From contig NC_092677.1 in NCBI RefSeq assembly GCF_964355755.1, positions 1,200,101-1,264,100 of the forward strand: a DNA stretch of 64,000 nucleotides, given 5' to 3'. The DNA comes from Antedon mediterranea. Lineage: Eukaryota; Animalia; Echinodermata. Below the pieces are notes generated by a model. It worked only from the letters and a program-made list of their open reading frames with translations. It did not search any database and was not told where the DNA came from. The position numbers and the translations under genes are program-made. Shown here one piece after another: positions 38,193 through 51,687 of this stretch; the stretch's first letter is position 1, and each line of letters begins with the position of its first letter.

Positions 38193-39178
38193 TTTAATGA
38201 GTTCTATACCGTTCGGATATGACATTCAATATAGGTACGCAACTGTAATTTTTCTAAAACCCCGTTTTATTAGCTTTTTTCCTCTTTTATTGAAAATGAT
38301 GTGCGGCTAGTTTTATTTCAATATCTTCGCATGTTTACAACGCACAGTCAATTTCTTTCCCCGCCGTTCATTAAACTGTAGACGGCACATTTAAATTATG
38401 TGACGGAAATGACACAAAACTGCGGGACAAGCTTTTTCCAAACAAAAACTTTAAAGTTTGAGATTTAATGTATGTAGAGATGTATTTCGAAGAATATAAT
38501 CGCATTAAATCATGATTAACTAACTTTTTACAATATTTTCGATAACAAAAGTCCTGTTATCAAATATATACGGCGATCATAAAATTGAAGATGTACGATC
38601 GGGACATAGGATTTTAGGGGGTTGCCTGAAACATTTTTATAAAAATTAACAATATCAATGTAATTATCTTTGTTTTATGTAATTAATTATATTTACAATA
38701 ATGTTGATTATGATTTAAGTAAAGAATTTTTATTTTTTAATGATGAATTTTCAGTCTCTATCCCACCAAAGTATCGGGACACGATTTTAGACACTTACTG
38801 AAGAATGAGCCATATACCTCTTTATACATAGTATTTGTTTTACGTCATTGGCCGGCCCAACATTGCTCATTGAACGATGAGGGCACGTGTAATTAATTAA
38901 ATCCAGAGCCATCAGATTCAATCAACTAGTATTAGTCAAGAGTAGGGGGTTACCCCGGTGAACTGGTTCACACAATAGCCCCTGTATCAGGGGGATTACC
39001 ACCTATCTGATAGGACAGTGATTAATTCACTATTGGTAATCCTTGGCCACATTGCCTAAAGACATAAAATAAAAAAAATAAATAAAATATTAGGTCTACT
39101 TTCAAAATTTCACAGAAAAAGGAAGGACAACTTCGATTTATATTCCATATTCGCTATACTAGTAATTCTGTCTTTGTG

Positions 39179-42008
39179 ATGATGACTTGCTGTTTGCTGC
39201 TATTTGTTCTTGTATTTGGTAAGTACCAGGCTTTAATGCTTTGTGTCAAACTAAGAAAACATTTAATTTCGTATTTTTGGTAAACCCATTTTCCGCATTG
39301 TTTGAAATACAAATAATTATTCAGTCATGCGTTTTATGTTATTCCCAGATTATAGATGGTGGTTCAACTTTATTTTATTTATTTTATTTTATTTCATCAA
39401 AACCAACAGCAACGAAAGTTGCCACTTAGGCCTAAAGGTATAAAACAGAAAACAGATACAATTACATCTATATATGAAACAAACTTAAATAAATAATTTA
39501 TGTAAATAGTAAAAATTAGCCTATTGAGCGCAATTATTGAAAAAAAGAATACAATGAGTCTTGAATGAAGAATAACTACTGAACAAAATATCAACATTTA
39601 CATTTGACTCACTTAAACCCCCTTTTCGAGACATTAACTCTATTAAACGGAACATAAAAGTGGACTTAACCCTGAAAAGAGAGCAACAGTCGCAACTAAA
39701 AAAACAATTGACACTCTTATAAACAAACATTAAATCAGACACACTTCTTCTAAACTTAAGAGGTTCAAGACAATTAACAACATAAAAACTTTAAAAGAAA
39801 CCTAACAAACTTATTTTAAACACGTTGAAGCCTTGTGGCATGAATATCAGAGTAAATTTAGATTTTCAACAATCATAAAAATAAACTATCAATTGAAAGT
39901 TGTTCCGTTTGTCTGTGTTTCGGTGTGTCCATTTTTGGTCATGCCTGGACCACATGGTTCAGTTGTGTTTGTGTAAGACCCGGAAACTATGAGAAAATGC
40001 ATTTAATAGAATTTTTTTTTTATTATCATAATTCTGATTTAAATACTTTGAAGCATAATGTCATATTTCACAGACAAATTTAGTTTCAGATACAAGTGCC
40101 CAAACACAAGTGACAGTGGATGCTGGTACAGCAAAAGTAGATGACGATGCAACAATGACGTGTACTTATACACTTGTACCAAATGATGGATTACTGCAAC
40201 TGTCTTGGGCAAAAGCTGATGACAGTGGTCAACAAGTAGGAAATTCTCTTGTGACTTCTACAGGTCAAGTAAACAATGGTCGATACAGTTTGTCCAATGA
40301 TAATCTTATAATAACTGATGTTGAACGAGGTGATACAGACAACTATCGTTGTGCTGTTAACACCATTGGTGGAAATAGTGCTGAAAACTTTGCTAATCTC
40401 ACGGTCTATTGTGAGTATGTAGCTAATTATGAATGAGTGTTCAAAGTTTTTGAAATGAAAAATATTAAAACTTCAACCCAGCAATAAAATAAGACGTTAA
40501 TACATTTGCATTTAACTTACATTTTACAATTGTTGTGAAAATTTTGCAATGCATACGCAAAATAGGCCTCCGGATTTGTTCGTTATGTAGTCATGAATGA
40601 ACATGTTTGCATTACAGATCTTGAAGAACCAGTTCTGAATCCAACAAAGTTGTCTGTCCACGCAACTGAAACTGTGACATTTACATGTTCTAACCTTATT
40701 GGTGTACCAACACCAATTACCGTCACATGGATCAAAGATGACGTCACACTTGATGTGTCTGATACGATAAAGTATCCGTCTTCTGATACAACATTGACGA
40801 TTAATGACGTTGATGAATCAGACGAGGGCGTCTATCAGTGTAGAACCGAGAATGCTGCTTCTAGTGGAACAGATGGAAAACTTAGTAATACTGCCACACT
40901 GTCAATAGGTTGGTTGAAATACTCATTTTGATAAATAATATATTTTATTGGCATTATAGTATAAGTATTTTCTGCATGTCATAATTATAAATGGAATATT
41001 CATATTACAGTATATTATGTCATGTGGTAACAAAAATAAAGCACAGGTACACAGCGAAAACTGTAAGTTTCAGTTTATTTTAGTTATAAAAGCCATCTTT
41101 ATAATATGAACGCATGGCGTGTTTTACTAAATATTGCTTGTTTGTTTTATATATTTCTTTAGCATTGACGACAACTTCTTTTATATCCGGTAAGTCCACT
41201 ACACGTAGGTTTTGTTTGCATTGTATTTATTATACATTTCCGGGTCTTTCCATTTTCGTAAAGCAAATAAAGGATAGAAATGGAAAGGAATATCCCCACT
41301 TCATCCCCAGGATCTGCATGAGTGATTAAAGGGAAAATAATGATGACCTTTGTATATTTGAATTGTCAACATTATAAACATGTTTAAAACACATGGTAAC
41401 ACTAATCCTTCTGTATTATTTGTTCAGTTTTAAGTACAGAAGTTCCAAAGAGTGAGAATGATTGTAATTCAACAGGTCTTGTTGTTGGAATGACGTTTGT
41501 TGGTGTGCTCATTGGATTCATTCTCTGTTTGCTTGTGGGGTTTATCCTGAACAAAATAAGGAAGTCACATGCACAGGTAAAGTATAATTCAGAAAGTAGA
41601 ACCAAAAGCAAAAGTTTAGACTTAAGAATAATGACCAAAGGTTTAATGAAATACCGCACACTTAAGTAATGGAAACTATTTTAATATTAAATATGATGGT
41701 TTATTTTGAAGGTACCTACATCGAAAAACACCAACCAATCAGGGGTAAGGATACCATACTTCAACTTTAAGTATTCAATTTCACTCATCGTCGTCACTAT
41801 TGTCACCAATATATTAATAAAGGTTTACACGATTTTCATTTTTCTTTTTGCATGCACTAAACTTTTGTATTTTTTTTAGCAGCAAGAGTATATGACTTAT
41901 GTTGGGGAGACAGATAAAGAAACAACCCACACATACCAAGATTTACAGAAGGAAGACGATAATCAAGCTGTATATGTAAATGTTAAAGCCAAAAAAGACA
42001 ACAAGTAA
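39179..42008 (+). CDS. Gene D: intact IgV-IgC2 type-I receptor with ITAM-like/YVNV tail (V subtype alpha)
   Basis: Exons 39179-39218 (MMTCCLLLFVLVF), 40084-40410 (V), 40618-40908 (C2), 41163-41189 (ALTTTSFIS), 41428-41576 (stalk+TM), 41712-41744, 41880-42008 (QQEYMTYVGETDKETTHTYQDLQKEDDNQAVYVNVKAKKDNK*). No stops or frameshifts. Confidence 0.9.
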
Positions 42009-42237
42009 TATACATGTTTAAAATAAAAATAGAATATATATATATTATAATTATTATTATTAATGGAATATCATTGGTTTGAAACTACAATCACATACCT
42101 CTTATTGATTTTGTTATAAAAATATAGAGAAATCAAAACATTGAGAAAATGTTTTATTTCTCTTGATTTAACTCTTTAACGCGTACAAATTGAAAACAAA
42201 GAAATGTGAATGCTGCAATTTGCATCATCATTAACAC

Positions 42238-42961
42238 AACAAAGCCATATAGATGGCTGCAGTCGCGTGCTTAGTGTTTACCGACCGACCGACCAACCTA
42301 CCAACTGACCGAAATTACTGAACATGTTTAAAAATGTTGAAATGTTTAAAAACAGTTATACTTTTTAGTTTACACGTGCGTAGCCTGTCACTTTTGATGT
42401 GCTCGTATAACGTAATTTCGAGTTGAAAAGTAAGTCAAGAAAACAGAAATCGGGTAAAAAGAGTGCGCAAAAACATTTAGCGCAAAAATCTGCGCACTCA
42501 TGGCAATTTTGTAAACACTTAAAATTGCCTGAAACGTACTCTTATTTCATCGAAAATAAATTTTGAAAATTTTAAGCGCGCGTACGCATGCGTTACATGC
42601 GCTACGCACGTAATTGTATTGCCATATGATGATTTATGCCCTGAAATGTATGAGTACCAAATTTTATTTAATTGTGATTCATGGTTGTGAAGATTACAAA
42701 CGTGATTTCGTTAAATCGTGTGTAGACCGTGTCATTTTTTATTGCGCACCGTGAAAACATAACCACATCGATTCCTGGCCATAAGGAATATACTTTGAAA
42801 AATTGACTTAGCTAGATTAAACTGATATCAAGATAAGGTCAGAAAGCGAAAATACGCATAGTGATACCGGACCGACAGACAGACCGACAGACCGACAGAC
42901 CGACAGACCGACAGACCGACCGACATAGTGAACTATAGAGTCGCTTCCACGCGACTAAAAA
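42238..42961 (-). mobile_element. Full-length Helentron-associated (HINE/DINE-1-like) element
   Basis: Minus strand starts ttttagtcgcgtggaagcgactctatag, has a (GTCG/GTCT)n tract and ends agcacgcgactgcagccatctatatggctttgtt; absent at the paralogous position after genes E and F. Confidence 0.75.
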
Positions 42962-43690
42962 CCCCATATATGTACATATAGTGACATAATCTACCAATGG
43001 TATATAGCAACCAACCACAGGCATACTTGAAAAATGTAAAAACAACGATACATTTATTAAAAGTGTATTTCTTGTTGATTTGTTGGAATTAAACCTTGCT
43101 TGCATTACACAAACTTTGATTCGTTACTTTGAAATGTATTAGTGCATTGACATAATAAATTAGAAAATCAATGCTTTTAACACCAATACGCGTGTAATTT
43201 ATATTATCATAGCGTTATTTAATTCAATTTGCCTTCGAGATGTGCATTTGGTTGCTTGCTGCCATATTTTTTCAAAGAGTTGAGTAATGTTCAAATTTAA
43301 AACGGAAAAATTAAATTATAGGGACAAATTGGACCGAGGTTTTAAAATTGGGTGCAATTGAGGTTCATTTCTTTTTTAAGAAAGACCATCAAGAAAGTTT
43401 GCACTGTGTGAACGCATTGTATAAATAAGACCTAAAACTATGTGTTTAAATAATGGTTACTAATTGAAAAGATTAATTTGATCATCTTGATTTGAACGGA
43501 AGTACATTCACTATAATTATGAAGGAAGTAAATACAATATATCACAAGTGTGAATGGCAATCATAACAAAGACAGGAACAATGAATATTTCACTATACAA
43601 TGTTATTAGAGTGTGGTAGAGTGCGAGACAATAGTGAAATAGTCACCACCTAATAAAGTGGAAAAGATTTCTATATTCTATAGAATTGCA

Positions 43691-45911
43691 ATGGAGGCGA
43701 AAAGTTCAAATGCGATGATTTTCCTTGAAAATATTTCTTCCCTTTTTTCACAAAAAGACGCAATCGTAAATTGCAGTATTTATAATAATTACTGTACAGT
43801 TATTTTTTTAGTTTTAGGTACACATGCAGTAGCAACGTCTGTGACAGTGGGTGGTGATACAGTTAAAGTTGGTGAGGATGCGATGATGACGTGTAGTTAT
43901 ACACTTGTCTTGAATCAACTTGTTTGGTTCAGAGCAGAGGATGATGGTACTTCAGACTTAGGAAACCCTCTGGTATCTTTAGTTGAAACAAGCAATGGTC
44001 GTTATAGCTTATCTAATGACAAGGATCTTATGATAAGTGTCGTTGAAGAAAATGATGCAGGAAATTATCTGTGTAGAATTGTAACACAAAATGTTCAAAT
44101 TGCTGACGACTATGATCAACTTATAGTCCAATGTGAGTATAGGCTAATTCATTGTCAGTGAAGCTATAATCGGTATAGTACTGTTTATAGCAGCTTTTGT
44201 TTGTTTGTTAATAAGCAATCACTAATTAACAACTACATTTCCTAATTTATCTTTTTTGAAATATGTTTTGTTGATTTTACAGTAAATGATCTTGTATTAG
44301 TTAGTTTTTACTTTTATGGCATAATTATTTGATAACATTCAATGTTTTTTACATATTTGTTTTCCTCATAATATTTTTGTTCAATATTTTAGATTTATTA
44401 GTTTTCTTGTCATGTCGACAACTGTTCAGGTGGTCAATGCTTAAAGTAATTTTTACTTATTTTGATCTCCTTTCACACATCCTTTTTCTTTTCTTATAGT
44501 TCGCTTTTATAGTTAAATTATTCTTTTGTTTTTCTAGATGTTTCAGAACTTTTTTTTAAGCCAGAAGAAGGATTATCCATCATGATAAATGACACAGCAA
44601 CATTTATATGTACTTCACTTGATGGTATTCCAACACCGATTACCATAACATGGATCAAAGATGGCAATGAAGTTGATGTTTCTGATACAAACAATGATGT
44701 AGCATTAACGATTAATAAAGTTGCTGAAACAGACGAGGGAGTTTATCAGTGTAGAACAGAGAATGCTGCTTACAGTGGAACAGATGAGAAACTTAGTAAT
44801 AATGCCACACTATCAATAGGTTGGTGAGAATAAACATTTTGATAAATAATATATTGTATTGGCATCATATTATAAGTAGTTTCTACAAGTCATAATTATT
44901 AATGGAATATTCACATTACAGTATATTAGCCTATGCCATGCGGTAAAAAAAATAAAGCACAGCTACAGCGAAATCTGAAAGTTTCAGTTTATTTTAGTAA
45001 TAAAAGGCCTTTTGTAATATGAACGCATGACGTGTTTTATTAATATTGCAATTTTCTATTTCTTTAGCATTAACGACGACTTCTTTTATATCCAGTAAGT
45101 CAACTACACGTATATTTTGCTTGCATGCATTGAATTGTAAATTTCCGGGTTTTTGCTTTTGCGAAAAGAAAAAAGGGATAGAAATGGAAAGGGATATCCC
45201 CGCTCCATCTCATGATTAGTATCACGCTTAAAAAGGAAAATAATGATGACCTTTGTACATTGTCAACACTACATTATTGTAAACATGTTTAAAACACATG
45301 GAAACACTTAGCCTTCTGTATTATTTGGTTTTAAATTTTTTTAAATACAGAAGTTCCAAAGAAAGAGAATGATTGTAATTCAATTGGTCATGTTGTTGGA
45401 ATGACGTTTGTTGGTGTGCTCATTGGATTCATTATCTGTTTGCTTGTGGTTTTTATCATCAGCAAAATCAGGAAGTCACATGCACAGGTAAAGTATAATT
45501 CAGAAAGTAGAACCAAAAGCAAAAGTGCAGACTTGAAATGACCAAAGGTTTAATGAAATACCGCACACTCAAGTAATGGAAACTATTTAAGCATGAAATT
45601 TGATTTTAATTTAAAGGTACCTACATCGAAAAATACCAACCAATCAGGGGTAAAGATGTTAATCTAATTATTCAATTTCACTCATCATAATTAGTATTAT
45701 TACTATTGCCACCAATATATCAATAAAGGTTTACACGATAATTGTTTTTTTGCATGCACTAAACTGTTGTATTTTTTTTTAGCAGCAGGCGTATATGACT
45801 TATACTGGAGAGACAGATAAAAAAACAAACCACACATACCAAGATTTACAGAAGAAAGACGATAATCAAGCTGTATATGTAAATGTTAAAGCAAAAAAAG
45901 ACAACAAATAA
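43691..45911 (+). pseudogene. Gene E: IgV-IgC2 receptor paralogue (V subtype beta) with deleted signal-exon donor but open reading frame
   Basis: ATG 43691 reads in frame through the former intron into V (43812-44132); C2 44538-44819; 45068-45094; TM 45351-45487; 45617-45649; 45783-45911 (..HTYQDLQKKDDNQAVYVNV..). About 35 bp including the donor is missing versus gene H (57486-57521); 12-nt in-frame deletions in V and C2. Functional status uncertain. Confidence 0.75.
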
Positions 45912-46603
45912 TATACATGTTTAAAATTAAAATAAAATAAATATATTATAATTATTAATGGAATATCATTACATTGGTTTGAAACTACAATAACATACAT
46001 CTTGATGATTATATTATAGAAATAAAGAGAAATTATTACATTGAGAAAGTGTTTTCTTTCTCTTGATTTAACTCTTTAACGCCTACAAATTTAATAACAA
46101 GGAAATGTGATGCTGCAATTTGTTTTGCATTAACTAAACAAAAAAGTACTTAGCCCCAGAATTTATCATACGGTAAATAGGAATATTTGATGTAAAGATG
46201 AAAACCATACACATATACTTGAAACATGAAAAAAAAAGATAACTAACACGACTTTATTGAAAATGTTATTTCTTGTCTGTTGGAAATAAAACGTGATTGT
46301 ATTAGACCAATTTATTCGTTACTTTGAATGTAATGTTTGACTGCATTATTGCATTGATAATGACCATTATACCAGCATAAGAAAGAAAATAAACTAGACA
46401 ATTATTCTTTATTAAGAATAAGTCTTTTTGAGGAGTAGTGATAACAAAAAAGTTTAGACGGGAGAGCTTAACAACAGTGAACGTTGAGGGCGTATGTAAT
46501 TGAATCAACTCGTATTAGGCCTACTTTCATAATCTCACAGAACAAGGAAGGACAATTTCGATTTATATTCGATATTCGCTATACTAGTAATTCTGTCTTT
46601 GTG

Positions 46604-49600
46604 ATGATGACTTTTTGTTTGCTGCTATTTGTTCTTGTATTTGGTAAGTACCAGGCTTTAATGTTTTGTGGGTGCTACTATAAGTTAACATTTGATTTTC
46701 AATTTTTTTTATAAAACCATATTAGTCGATCCAGGTCAAGGTCAAAATAGAAGGTTTCTAAAGGTTTTTGGTATTTTTATTTCATTAAAGTAAATAGAAA
46801 GTTGGGCATTCCGAATAATTTGGGAAAACTTTGAAGTCTCTACGACCAGTCGTTGATGAGATATTGAGATAATCCAAATTTACAGTCAAAGTTCAAAACA
46901 TGCATTTCCGGTCATATTTTAAAAAACTTTCCCATTTTAATGAATATAAATATGGGTCTTCTGAGTATTTTGACACCAATTTCGCTTATGTACTCCTATC
47001 GATCACCAAGATGTCTATAAAATTAAAATATGCTTAGGTCAATAGTTCAAAGGTCAGAATAGAAGGTTTCTAAAGGAATTTAGTATTTTTCTTTCATTAG
47101 AGTGAATAGAAAGTTGGGCATTCTGAATAATTTGGGACAATTTTGAACTCTCTACGGCCAGTCGTTGATGAGATATTGAGATAATCCAAATTTATGGTCA
47201 AAGGTCAAAACAGGCATTTCCGGTAATTTTTTTAAAAAACTTCTCGATTACAGTGAATATAAATATTGGTCTTCTGAGTATTTTGACACCAAAATTGTTT
47301 ACTTACACCTACTGGTTGTCAAAATATGGTAAATAATGTTAAGATGGCCGCCATTTTGAAAAATGGCCCAATCAGGTTGAAGCACAACGGGGAAACCCGG
47401 GGACTTTTAGTATGTTGTTCCAGACAACATTGGGGACCTATCCTGAAACATTCAGCTTTAGCATATTTATTTCTACCTTTGGCCCTTTTTTGTCTAATAC
47501 TCCTGGACTAATACATGTAGGCCTATAGTACCTTTCCGTCATTGTTTGAGATACAAATAATCATCATGCATGTTATTTTCGAATTTATAGAGGTCGTTCT
47601 AACTTAGGTTAACAATTATAAAAGTAAACTATTAATTACAAAATCTTGAAATTTGCCGGACCACTGGTTTGGTTTGTGTGAGAGCCCAGAACAGAAAACA
47701 CAATAGAAAGAATGCATTCACTAGAATGTTGATTGTTGTCGTATCTTTCTGATTTTAATACTTTGCAGCATAATGTTATCAATTGATCAAATTTATTCAC
47801 CTTCCTTAGGAGAAACATATAAAAACTGTACAGCAAAATAAAACACATTAAAATAAAGATTCACACGAATCAATAGATTAAAATGGTTTTAACAAGTTAA
47901 ATAAAGTGTCAAAACCATTGTGAAATAGGGCAGACTTGTTATATTTCAAAATCAAGTTAAGTAACTTATTTAGTTTCAGATGCAAGTGCACAAACACAAG
48001 TGACAGTGGATGCTGGTACAGCAAAAGTTGATGAAGCTGCAACAATGATGTGCACCTATATACTTGTACCAAATGATCAATTGAGTCAATTGTCTTGGAC
48101 CAAAGCAAATGACAATGGTCAAGCAGTAGGAACTGCTCTTGTGACTTCTACAGGAGAAACAAGCAATGGTCGATACAGTTTGTCCAATGATAATCTTATA
48201 ATAACTGATGTTGAAAGAGGTGACGCAGGCAACTATCGTTGTGTTGTTGGCACAATGGGTGGAAATAGTGCTGAAAACTTTGCTAATCTCACAGTCTATT
48301 GTGAGTATTGTTTTGGAGCTAAAAATTTTTTTTTTTTAATTTATTTAAATATGTTTATTTCAAGTACTGTACAGTACATGTCAGTTAGTACAGTAATTTT
48401 AATTTCATCTTTGAATCATAAGTTTCACAATCAAAAAAAAAAATTGAAACCAATAATTTGGATAAAAAGTACAAAGTATAATCATCTATTGTGATATTCA
48501 ATCTATTTCGGTGGTATGATGGTAATTAGCTTTCCAATTGATGTGTTTGCTTTTTAGAGTATAATGTAATCATAATGGTATCATTTACAAATTTAATCTA
48601 ATAAATGTATATATAATATGATATTAAAGTGAAAATTATAATGCAGGGATGTTATTTACATCAGAACCAAACGAATATTCAATATCCTATGTATGTATTA
48701 TAATTTCAAAGAAGAGTACTAAACATTAACAATTACTGTATTACAATTGGTAGGCATGTCAATTGTGTAATTTTAAACAAATGAGTATCCAAGAACTGTA
48801 CAGTATAATTTTGCCATTTCAGATCTTGAAGTACCAGTTTTAAAACCAGTAGAATTGCGTGCCACATTAAATGAAACAGCAACATTTATATGTTCTGAAC
48901 TTGAAGGTTTACCAACACCAATTACCATAACATGGATCAAAGATGACAATCCACTTGGTGTTTCTAATACAGACAAGTATCCAACTTCTGACGCAACATT
49001 AACGATTAATGACGTTGATGAGAGAGATGAGGGAGCTTATCAGTGTAGAGCAGAGAATGCTGCTTACATTGGAGAGGAGGGAAAACTTAGTAATACTGCC
49101 ACACTGTCAATAGGTTTGTGGGAATAAACATTTTAATAAATAATGTATTTTATTAGCATCATTGTATAAGTCATTTCTGCATGTCATAATTATAAATGGA
49201 ATATTCATATTACAGTATATATTATGTCATGTGGTAACAAAATAAAGCACAGGTAAACAGCCAAAACTGAAAGTTTTAGTTTATTAAAGTCATTTTTATA
49301 AAATGAACGCATGACGTGTCAGATTATTGCTTGTTTGCTTTCTATTTCTTTAGCATCGACGACAACTTCTTTTATATCCAGTAAGTCAACTACACGTAGG
49401 TTTCGTTTGTTTGCATTGCATTGTAAATTTCCGGGATTTTGCATTTGCGAAAAAAAAGGATAGCAATGGAAAGTGATATCCCTGCCCCATCCCCATGATC
49501 TGTATCACGCCTTAAAAGGAAAAATAAGTATGACTTTGTATATTTGTCAACACTACATTATTGTAAACATGTTTAAAACACGGCATGGTAACCCGAATCC

Positions 49601-50211
49601 TTCTGTGTTATTTGTTCAGTTTTAAGTACAGAAGTTCCAAAGAGAGAGAATGATTGTACTTCAACTGGTCTTGTTGTTGGAATGACGTTTGTTGGTGTGC
49701 TCATTGGATTCATTCTCTGTTTGCTGGTGGTTGTTATCATCAGCAAAATAAGGAAGTCACATGCAAAGGTAAAGTATAATTCATAAAGTAGAACCAAAAG
49801 CAAAAGTGTAGACTTAAAATTACCAAAGTTTAATGAAATACCGCACACTTAAGTAATAGAAACTATTTTAACATTAAATATGATTTTTTATTTTGAAGGT
49901 ACCGACATCGAAAAACACCAACCAATCAGGGGTAAGGATGTTACTTCAACTTTAAGTATTCAATTTCACTCGTCGTCGTCATCACCATCATTATTATCAC
50001 TATTGCCACCAATATATCAATAAAGGTTTACACAATTTTCATTCTTTTTTTTGCATGCACTAAACTTTTGTATTTTTTTTAGCTGCAGGCGTATATGACT
50101 TATACTGGGGAGACAGATAAAGAAACAAACCACACATACCAAGATATACAGAAGAAAGAAGATAATCAAGCTGTATATGTAAATGTTAAAGCAAAAAAGG
50201 ACAAAAAATAA
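46604..50211 (+). CDS. Gene F: intact IgV-IgC2 type-I receptor with ITAM-like/YVNV tail (V subtype alpha)
   Basis: Exons 46604-46643 (MMTFCLLLFVLVF), 47974-48300, 48823-49113, 49354-49380, 49620-49768, 49899-49931, 50083-50211 (LQAYMTYTGETDKETNHTYQDIQKKEDNQAVYVNVKAKKDKK*). Frame open. Confidence 0.9.
46720..47513. mobile_element. Probable non-autonomous DNA transposon in gene F intron 1, with an internal approx. 310-bp direct repeat
   Basis: Absent from the paralogous intron of gene D (aaacccatt|ttccgcattg); short inverted ends tattagtc/gactaata; 46738-46985 repeated at 47050-47295. Confidence 0.6.
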
Positions 50212-51687
50212 TATACATGTTTAAAATAAAATGAAAGAAATACATCAGTATTATTATTCTTATTATTAATGGAATATCATTGGTTTGAAACTACAATCAC
50301 ATACATCTTGTAGAAAGTGTTTTCTTTCTCTTGAACGCGTACAAATTTAATAACAAGAAATGTGAATGCTGTAATTTGTATTATCATTAACTAAACAAAA
50401 TATACACAAGTACCTATAGTGACATAAAATATACCAATATTATATAGAAACATGTGATATAAAGATGAAAACCACAGACATACTTGAAAAATGTAAAAAA
50501 AAAGATATGTAACTAACAACGATACATTTATTAAAATATTACTTTCTATTTTTGATTTTTTTTTAATTAAAACTTGCTTGTATTAGACCGACTTTGATTC
50601 GTTACTTTGATTTTAATGTTTGAATGCATTAGTACATTGACATATAATGACATACTAGAATAGACTAGACAATCAATTCTTTTAACACGCGTGTAATTGT
50701 ATTATTGTTATATAGCATTCTTTAATTTAATTCGCCTCGAGATGTGCTTTGGTTGCTTGCTGCCATATTTTTTCAAAGAGTTTAGTAATGATCAAATTGT
50801 TTTTTAAACGTACAAACTAAATTCTAGGGACAAATTGGACGGAGGTTTTAAAGTTATGTGCGATTCCGGCTCATTTCTTTTTTAGGGAAGACATTAAGAA
50901 ATACCTATAAAAATAGTAAATAGTAGTTTGAACTACTTACTGTATAAATACAATTTTTAAAAGGCTAGGTGTTTTATGATTTTATTTTAAATAATTGATA
51001 CTATTAAAAAAGAATAATTGTATCATCTTGATTTGGACGGAAGTACAGTGCACTATAATTATGAAGGAAGTAAAACTAATATATCACAAGTATGAATGGC
51101 AATCCAGAATCATAACAACGACAGGAACAATCAATACTTCAGTATACAATACAGTATAGTGTGGTAGAGTGCAAGACAATAATAGTGAAATAGTCATCAC
51201 CTAATAAAGCGGAAAAGATTTCCATATTTTACAGATTTGTAATGGAGGCGAAAAGTAAAAATGCGATGATTGTAAGTACAAAATTATTTAAAATATTTTT
51301 TCACACAATGACGCAATCGTAAATCGTTAATAGCTATTTTGTTTAATTTATTTTCAGATACAAGTGGAAAGTTTGACAATGTAACAATGATGTGCACTCC
51401 TACATTTGTTACAGGAGATTCGTTGCTTCAACTGGTTTTGTCAAAAGTTAATGTCAGTGGTCAACAAGAAGCTAGCTAGCTAGGCCTTCTTGCAGTACAG
51501 AAGTACAGAGCAAAGATCGTTAAAAAAAAGATGCCATGCCCTTTAAATCATGCACAGAAGAGGGCGGTGTTTCGCCTTACTACAAATAATGTACTAATAA
51601 AGTTGCATTTCCTTCTTGTAAATAGATTGCTGTGAAGATGAAGAGTGTTTCAATTCACTAAACTAAACCTATACTATTAAGCATTCT

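Noticed and set aside
38880-39090. GC-richer segment with A-rich tail upstream of gene D, possible SINE
   Set aside because: Absent before gene F, so likely an insertion, but no pol III boxes, TSD or second copy to classify it.
41880-42008. ITIM/ITSM inhibitory motifs in the tails
   Set aside because: The -2 residues (H in HTYQDL, A in AVYVNV) do not fit I/V/L/S-x-Y-x-x-L/V or T-x-Y-x-x-V/I.
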